DNA of 64,000 bases from assembly GCA_951406725.2 (NCBI GenBank), contig OX597824.1, positions 2,232,001-2,296,000 on the forward strand, written 5' to 3'. Position 1 is the first letter of the stretch; every line of letters starts with the position of its first letter. Position numbers and translations under genes: made by a program. Source of the DNA: Octopus vulgaris (lineage: Eukaryota). Shown one piece after another: positions 55,352 through 64,000 of the stretch. Below the pieces are notes generated by a model, which was not told the origin of the DNA, searched no databases, and saw only the letters and a program-made list of their open reading frames with translations.

Positions 55352-55977
55352 AACTAATTTTATCCTTAATATCGTTCCTTAATTTCCACCCTTACTCTCA
55401 CTACCACTCTATCTTTTTACCAATTAATATCCACCTCCACTACCATTCTGTTTTTGAATGGTGATACGTTTGCGTCTATTCCTGGATATTTACACTGTTA
55501 GGACATTAACCTTTAAGAGTTTACACAGGATTGCACCTAAGGACTTATGGACTTATTTCTACATGATTAGGGATTTGAACCGTGAACTTTTATGCTTCTT
55601 TCTTCTGTTTCTTCATCTCCTAATTCCTTTTCTCATGTCTTCTGTGTCGTCATTTCATTAATCTATACCATTCTCATTTTTCCTATTTCTCTTCGATGAC
55701 AGAATATCCCATACTCTAGGAAATCACAGAAACAGCTGTAAGACTTTGAATTTTTCCAATATCAATAACGTATATCACTTGAAATCTTGGTCTTGACTTA
55801 ACGTTTGTTGTCCACATTAACACTTGTATATTCGTTATATCGGAAATCTAAAATCGCTCTGTAACTACCGTCTCGGATATAACTTTGGAGCTTTGGTAAT
55901 CCGTTACGGCACTTACATAGCGTACCTAATCGTTTACATCACATGTGAACCAAACCCGATACAATATATATATATAT

Positions 55978-56274
<297 letters not shown>

Positions 56275-57300
56275 TAGAGAGAGAGATAGATAGATATGCA
56301 TGCTTCCGTGCATATATAGTGTGTGTCGCAATGCACCTCTCGTTGGCCTGAAACTAAACCTATCATCTGCTGTAAAAGCAATATTATTCTTAGTAAGTTC
56401 CCTTTTGCGTTTTGTCTGTTTTTACGTTCTGTGTTCAAATTCCACGCAAGCTGACTTTGCTTTCCATACTGTTGATATCGATGAAATAAATTTCACCACT
56501 GAGATAAATTTCGGGTATTGTGCCTTTAGTAGGAAAAACTATTTTGTATTGCTGTGCAGATATTCTTGCAGAATAACTGTAATAATTCGTATTATGTAGA
56601 AAAGAATTGAGAAACTCAGTCATTATTTCCTTCAGTATTATATCGTTCTTCGATGGTTGTTCCAATTTAGATTGTACTATCAGAATCCTGTGCAATTCTA
56701 GTTTGAAATAAGCTTTTCAAGTTTGATTCTACATCCAACACATTTGTGTATTCCAGTCACATATTAATTTCCGATGATATTATTTACATATATATTTTCT
56801 CATTGGTTTTAGCAGTTCATTTGTTAAAATATAAAAGCTACGTAGACTTTGAATTTGATACATACCTATCGAAATATCACCTCAGGTACTTTGTAATTTT
56901 TTCTTACGCATCTCCTCCACTATTTATTTCTATTCACAACGTGTCTACTCAAACTCATTCAATAGTTATAACCTGATTAATAACAAATCTTCAATAACAT
57001 TCTGCACTATAAAAGTCGCACAACAAAGTTAACAAAATTCTCAAAACTGTTTTGTTATTTTTGGTTAAATCAGCATTCAAAAGTTACATCGTTATTTTAA
57101 CGAAACAATTATTTTGTTAGTTTTCCATATATTGTACTAATAAAATTTGTGTATGCATTTATCCCAAAATAGAAGATAGCGGATTCCTTCTGGCATCTTT
57201 CGAGAATTTACTCCACTTTCTCCATCTTTATTCATTATATTCGTCGTTATATTATTTCTAAACACACGACCACACATATATGTATATGTAAGAATATGAT

Positions 57301-57913
57301 ATAGTAGTTGTTGGACTCGGCGTTGCTCGTGTTTTCCGTGTTGAAGTTTAAGTCCACCTCTGAACTTGTATTGAAATCTACGTTCCTCGTGCCAACTATT
57401 ACCCATTAAGATATTCATATCTGGTTCGGCAGGGATTTTACCCGGTTAACGCTTTTGACATACTCTTGTATACTGGACCGTCTGAAATCGTAGTCAAACT
57501 TTTGGGTGAACCTGGACCCGTTGAGAGTGATGTTTATTTCTCTCCCCTTAATGGCACTCACTGTACAAAATTGATCAGCCTCCACAATCTCAACAAAATC
57601 CGAAGAAACGTGTTAAATTTATGTCATAAAATAAATGTGACCATTTACATGAAAATATAAAAGTGACGGCCAAAAATAAAATCCCTATAACATCGTTATG
57701 CGAATTTCCATTCAGACGCCCGATTCAGGTCACATAAATCGATTCCATCTGAGCATTATCGAGTTTTCGAAAAATTCTGGCCTTATTTCAACTTCAGGGC
57801 ATGTGATCTACCCATGTGGCAAAACTGTTAAAATCGGTTGGACGGTGTGAGAGGAGTTAGAGTAACCCCAATCACACACAGACAGACATCATTACACATT
57901 TATGTATAGAGAT
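57301..57913 (+). mobile_element. non-autonomous Helitron-like element, related to 54964
   Basis: AGTAG..CTCGGCGTTGCTCG at the 5' end; AATCGGTTG..ACACACAGACAGAC..TTTATGTATAGAGAT at the 3' end. Confidence 0.6.
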
Positions 57914-57914
57914 T

Positions 57915-58820
57915 GGCTCATCTCATACATAATGCAGTTTTTTCAACTGCATGAACTAATAGTCAAAGGGGACGGGGTAAACTACCTGCATCAAATTGCT
58001 ATAAAAGGAAGTATTAATTTTACATTGTAGTTATTCATAGTGTAAATTTTGAAGAGGGTAGTTCGATTTTTACAGTTATTTTTCCAAAGCTATAATGGAA
58101 GTGACAAAGGAGCATATTTGGTATCTTTTATTTTTTGAGTACAATAAATGTAACAAGGCACCGGAAAGTGCGAGGAATATTAATGCAGTAAATGGGATCG
58201 GACCATAAGCATAAGCCAGTATCAACGGTGGGTCCAGAAATTCCCAGGTCGAAACAACATCCTTGAAGACAAACCTCGTCCTGGAAGATCTGCAGAGCTC
58301 GATGAAGACGTCCTGCAAACCTTAGAGGAGCTAAATCTCATCGTAACTGTTGAGTAATTAGCAGAGAAACTTGGATTCGTTCATTCAATCAGTCATTCAA
58401 GTCAATGCTAGAAGGAAAACGATCATCTTTGATTTCAAGACAAAAGGCGTTCTACCATCACGATAATACTTAGCCATATATAACGTGGATGACATTCAAA
58501 AGCCTGGAGCAGTTCAAATGGGAAACAATGCCCTAGCCACCATATTCGCAGGTCATTACCCCATTTGATGCTCGTTTATTCCGCAGTCTTCAGAATTATT
58601 TCGACGGAAGAATTAATTATTTAGACACAGTCAGAACAGTAGAGGAGGAGTATTTTTCGTCACGGTCAAGTGAATTTTGGCAGAGGGGCCTTGCAAATCT
58701 ACCAGATAGATAAAAGAGCATTGACAAAAATGGAGAGTATATTTTAGATTTTAAAAAAAAGGATTTGTTCATCTAAATATTGAAATATAAAAGGTAAAAA
58801 AAAAACCCGGCATCGTTTAT
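57915..58820 (+). mobile_element. mariner element, internally deleted and pseudogenised
   Basis: ATG 58095 MEVTKEHIWYLLFFEYNK, LEDKPRPGRS, YHHDNT, PPYSQVITPFDARLFRSLQ, GEYILD; same family as 895-1260. Confidence 0.9.
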
Positions 58821-58825
58821 ATTTT

Positions 58826-59213
58826 GTTATTCTTTTGCTTCTCCGAGTCATTTGAGTGCGACAATGCAGAAGCAAGTTTTAGTCAAACGGACCGACCCCA
58901 GGGATTATTCTTTGTAAGCCTAGTACTTATTCTATCAGTCTCTTAGTACAGTTACGGTGATGTAAACACACCAACATCGGTTGTCAAGCTATGTTGGGGG
59001 ACAAAAACACATACATACATGCATACATACATACAGATACATATATATATATGAGAGGCTTCTTTCAGTTTCCGTCTACCAAATCCACTCACAAGTCTTT
59101 GGTCGGCCGGAGGTCATAGAACAAGACACTTGCCAAGGTGCAACGCATTGGAACTGAACAGAGAACCACGTGGTAGGGAAGCAAGCTTTTTTATCACGTA
59201 GCCATGCCTGTGC
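58826..59213 (-). mobile_element. SINE with internal microsatellite (family of 61227)
   Basis: reverse complement aligns with 61227-61667 (GAAACTGAAAGAA; TTGACAACCGATG.TGGTGTGTTTAC). Confidence 0.8.
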
Positions 59214-59214
59214 C

Positions 59215-59373
59215 CACGTGAGGGATTGATGCTAGATGTATCGAAACAATTGTCGTGATTAATAAAAATTCTTTGTCAGCTTCGATTCAAAACTTTCCGA
59301 CGAACAGGAACGTGAAACTAAATACCAGTTTTCTGTGATATATTTGTGATATTTTTGCAGCGTTAATAATAAA

Positions 59374-59380
<7 letters not shown>
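59215..59380 (+). mobile_element. PLE-terminus-like piece with degenerate HHR
   Basis: CAC-GUGAGGG-AUUGAUGC(UAGAU)GUAUC-GAAACAAUUGUC-GUG; palindromic stem III; 3' end resembles 23435-23460 and runs into (TA)n. Confidence 0.5.
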
Positions 59381-59446
<66 letters not shown>

Positions 59447-59630
59447 GTGTGTGTGTGTATTTATATGAACAAATTTTTATATTTCATTATTCGCTTGAAC
59501 AAATTCTGTGATAATGAATAATTGCGCTTTTCTTTGTCCATTCATACATACATACATACATACATATATACATACATACATACATACATATATACATACA
59601 TACATACATACATACATGTATACATACACG

Positions 59631-59866
59631 CACATGGTTGGCCAAAAAGTTACCTGACGGTATATAATAGGCATTTGATTCCAAAATTTATGTTTAACAA
59701 GTGAAAGAATTTAATAAAAGCTTCGAAATACGAAACGTCATGAAAATTGTTCAAACTGAAGACCTTCTCGAGAGAAACCGTTTTTCCAAATCAATAGATA
59801 AAATTGAATATTAAGTATTTCTGGAATTTTGATTTTACCGTCGGGTGACTATTGGTCAACCATGTA
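59631..59866. mobile_element. Tc1/mariner-type MITE
   Basis: about 31-bp imperfect inverted ends CACATGGTTGGCCAAAAAGTTACCTGACGGTA / TACCGTCGGGTGACTATTGGTCAACCATGTA. Confidence 0.75.
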
Positions 59867-59912
59867 TATATAGAGAGATAGAAATAAATAGATAGATAGA
59901 TGGATAGCTATG

Positions 59913-60040
<128 letters not shown>

Positions 60041-60211
60041 TAGATATAGATATAGATATAGATAGATAGATAGATGATAGATATGTATAGATAGATATAT
60101 AGACAGACATGAATATATATGTATATATAGATAGATATGTATGTATTTATAGATAGATATGTATGTATGCATAGATAGATAGATGTGTATGTATATATAT
60201 GTATATATGTA

Positions 60212-60269
<58 letters not shown>

Positions 60270-60443
60270 CATATTTATTTATTTATTGTACCTATGTTTG
60301 ATGAGCAATGCAAGGCCTGTCCTTGCTTCAATTATATTGAAAAAGAAAACCTTATTTTGTACAAAATTGTATATATTTATTAGCATGGCTATAATATACT
60401 CGTAAAACCTGTAAAACAAATGTGTTTTTCATCCTATCTCTTT

Positions 60444-60494
<51 letters not shown>

Positions 60495-60601
60495 AGTACA
60501 CATATATATGTGTGTGCGTGTGTCTGTATACATATATGTCACTGTGTATTTTATATATACACACACTCTTATATCTTATAAGTATGTATAATATATATAC
60601 A

Positions 60602-60654
<53 letters not shown>

Positions 60655-61100
60655 TTATGCATATATGTGTATATAGATTGCAAACAAACATACAAACACA
60701 CGTGCACATGTTAACACAAAAATCATAGCAAATATGGAAGATGCAAGAGGTAATGCAATCTCGGATATCGCGTTGGTAACCGATTTTATTTTTAGTTTAG
60801 TTTTTGTTCTTCTTTTACTTTGACTTAATATTCGATTATTGATATTTAACACAAGGAAAACAAACCTGTATTTTTGGTACGAAGTTACTTCATTGCAAAG
60901 CATATTGTTTAGATTCTCCAGACAAAAGTATCCAACGTTCTATTTCTTTTTTTTTCTATGGAAATATGTAACTACGTAAAGTCATCTTCTGTACAGGTTA
61001 CATACCAAGATCGATATGAATTAATATTTGTTTCTTATTGTTTCAGGAACCAAATTACATTCTTTTATTCCATATATCTACGTATGAGTGTTTGTGTGTG

Positions 61101-61158
<58 letters not shown>

Positions 61159-61226
61159 TATGTGTGTGTGTGTGTGTGTGTGTGTGGTTGTTTGTGTATG
61201 TGTGTCCATGTGGTCCGTGTGCGCGA

Positions 61227-61416
61227 AGAGTGGCTTTCTGTTAAGTAGCTTGCTTACCAGCCACATGTTCCGGGTTCGGTTGCACTGCGTGGCACCTTGG
61301 GCCAGACTCTTCTACTTAAGACTGGCAAATGGAAACTGAAAGAAACCCGTGGTATATAAATATATATATATATACATACATACATACATACATACATACA
61401 TACATACATACATACA

Positions 61417-61450
<34 letters not shown>

Positions 61451-61666
61451 CATATGTGTTTGTGTGTCTATGTTTGTTCTCCACCATCGCTTGAGCGCTT
61501 GACAACCGATGCTGGTGTGTTTACGTCCCTGTAACCTAGCGGTTGGGCAAAGGAGACTGATAGTATAAGTACCAGGCTTACAGTAAATAAGTTCTGGGGT
61601 CGACTTGCTCGACTAAAGGCAGTGCACCAGCATGGCCGCAGTCTAATTAATGAAACAAGTAGAAGA

Positions 61667-61667
<1 letters not shown>
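61227..61667 (+). mobile_element. tRNA-derived SINE with internal (TACA)n and CR1-like tail
   Basis: B-box-like GGGTTCGGTTGC; tail CAGCATGGCCGCAG identical to the LINE tail at 38920-38933. Confidence 0.8.
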
Positions 61668-61697
<30 letters not shown>

Positions 61698-61704
61698 AAA
61701 GAGA

Positions 61705-61768
<64 letters not shown>

Positions 61769-62934
61769 GTGTATCTGTGTAAGCTTGCTATGACATTCAG
61801 TTACATTCAGTTACAAAGACAAGATTCTATCTCTGAAACAAGTTTCCATTCGGTTAATCTGCCGGTTGACTCTACACGGCAGTATATGATGGGCGGAAAT
61901 ATGCACGTGTGGAGTGATGGTTACAATTCTTATGACCCCAAAGTATCTGTTTGAATGTGTCACTCTCTAATTTAGAGAGTCAGCAATCTTTCACATTCTT
62001 ACCCTTATCTAAACTTACGCTACTCCGTACCCTTGTTCACGTTAATTTTAGTTCTGCTTCTTTGCTACGACATGTTTACCAAAACCTGCTGCAGAACAGA
62101 TAACATATTCTATTAACTTTGATAATTAAAATGCCAAAACATGTCGCACAACGTGCTGCATATTTAATCAATTTTGTTTTGAAAATCCTTTAATTTGAAG
62201 CACATTCATGTTTAATAGAAATTATTTACAAATTTACGGAGCATCTCCATATATTAAGTGCTTTATATGTAAGACGAGTATGGTTACCCTACATAAAAGA
62301 GAATTTTATTGATGTTCAATATTTAAACTACAGCCGATCATATTTAGTGTAAAGTTTATTTAAGTTCAAATAATATGCATGCATAAATACATCGTAAAGG
62401 TTTGCTGTAATTTTTGAAATAAATGTTCTAAATTTGAACTTTAGCATTTACGGTCTCCGTCTTTTTTATTGCCTCTTCGTTGTTTTTTTTTTATGTGGCG
62501 TCTGTTTTTATTTTTTCTTGCTTTCTCATATATATCCTCTCTCCCACTTGTTTTTTAAATATATCATATAAAATGCATAATGCATTGTTTTAATCTCAAG
62601 GATGTGGTATTAATTTATTTCTGTTTTATAATTTCCATGCCCTTTTCCTTTGTATTTACTTTGTATCGACCATGAGGCCTTACATTTGATACCACAGTGA
62701 CTTATGTCGGGCGGTTAGGATTTTTTAAACCATGCAATGGGAATTGAATTGATGAAACGAGGAGCGTATAAAAGTTATTGCGATTTTACTTGTAATTCTC
62801 TCGCAAAGTGTCTCACTGGCGCCGCCTGCGGATTGCTTGACTACTACATGTGTCTGATTTACTTGGGTCTAAAACTGAATCCCCATCGCTGAACAATGAG
62901 ATCCACCACCATCACCACCATCATATGATATAAA

Positions 62935-63645
62935 GTCGAACAGCGGACAGTGACTGGAGTCGGGTGCTTTATTGGAAGTAACATTTCAGAGTCAGACTAA
63001 AAGTCTTTCGTCAGTTTCTGGTTTCTGGGTTCAAATCCCACCAAGAGTAATTCTGCCATTTTGCCGTCCGGCTTTGATACAGTCAAATATCAGTCACGTA
63101 GTGGAGTCGTTTTACTCCACTCCACCCCCATACATCCGTCAGTTTCTGTCTTGATGATTGTGGAACAAACACAAAAGCTTGAAAATCTGGCAGAATCGTT
63201 GCCTATATTTCCGGGCATGGCCATCCGACGGTATTTGTTACATATTTTTAAAAGCTTGTTTCAAATCCAGGTTTTGTCAAATTTCATTCTTTTTGAAACG
63301 AGAAAATAAAATATCGGCCAATTCCAGATTTCGATTTAATCAATTAATCCGCTGCTCTCAAATATAAGGTTCTGCGCCTAAATTAGAAACAAGAAACAAT
63401 TACGTTTTCTAAGCATTTACTTGAAGTTCATAAAATAACAAATGCAAATAAAAAATAAGCTTTGTTCAATTTCTTGTTAATATTATTCTTATTTGCGTTC
63501 AAATTCTACCGCGATCGACTTTGCCTTTCATCCTTTTGGAGTCGATAAATTGAGTACCAGTGTAACACTGGGGGTCTATGTAATCGACTATCCCTCCACA
63601 CACACACACAATTTCAAGGCCTTGTGCCTTCAGTAGAAAGGATTG
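62935..63645 (+). mobile_element. cluster of three diverged SINE copies (family of 11580)
   Basis: GTTCAAAT.C..C...G..GACTTTGCCTTTCATCC..GTCGATAAA motif near 63030 and 63498; CTGGCAGAATCGTT head at 63187. Confidence 0.7.
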
Positions 63646-64000
63646 TTATTTTCGTTGCTGTAGTTTCTATTTATTTTGGGAGATTTGAGTTTCAAATCAA
63701 ACCTAAAACGTTTTTCACGAAGCGTTATTTGTTTTACTAGTTCGGTTTACCTCGGAATAAAGCCTACAACACTCCTCGTTTTACAAGAGAGGGCCCCAAC
63801 ATTTCACTGCGAAATGTTTCACTCTTCTTTCGAGATGCCTATGAACAATTTGTGCGTCATTTGGTTTTTATTTCTGGCAAGTCAGCTGACATTAAATGGC
63901 GTCTTGCTGAGAAGAGATTTTTACACTTCTTTTGGTGCTGCAGCGGCTACACATTTAGTGCTGCTGCTCTTACCGTTTTTTGCTGCTGTTTCACTGAAGC

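Noticed and set aside
55688-55745. TCGATGA...GAAACAGCTGTA hammerhead-like motif
   Set aside because: Palindromic stem III is present, but the core and stem II are too eroded to call

Overview
AT-rich eukaryotic DNA dominated by microsatellites and decayed transposons. The SINE types and microsatellite load resemble an octopus/coleoid cephalopod genome (inference, not verified). I find no credible host protein-coding exon; nearly all supplied ORFs are microsatellite read-through. Recognisable relics: two mariner families, a Chapaev3-like piece, a Sola2-like transposase, mariner-type MITEs, Helitron-like non-autonomous elements, RTE, R4/Dong, CR1 and L1/Tx1 LINE fragments, about ten SINEs, and one internally deleted Penelope-like element (PLE; RT plus GIY-YIG tail). 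The most striking signal is a set of about 15 type I hammerhead ribozyme (HHR) motifs from at least five sequence families, mostly in short fold-back insertions in or next to (TA)n tracts. The best case (21161-22009) is a young, non-coding 362-nt unit present as two head-to-head, greater-than-unit-length, circularly permuted copies. Each copy carries a U3-A8 variant HHR at the tip of a long rod hairpin, as expected for a retrozyme-like circular RNA copied by a PLE reverse transcriptase. All structures were paired by eye; no folding or database search was run.
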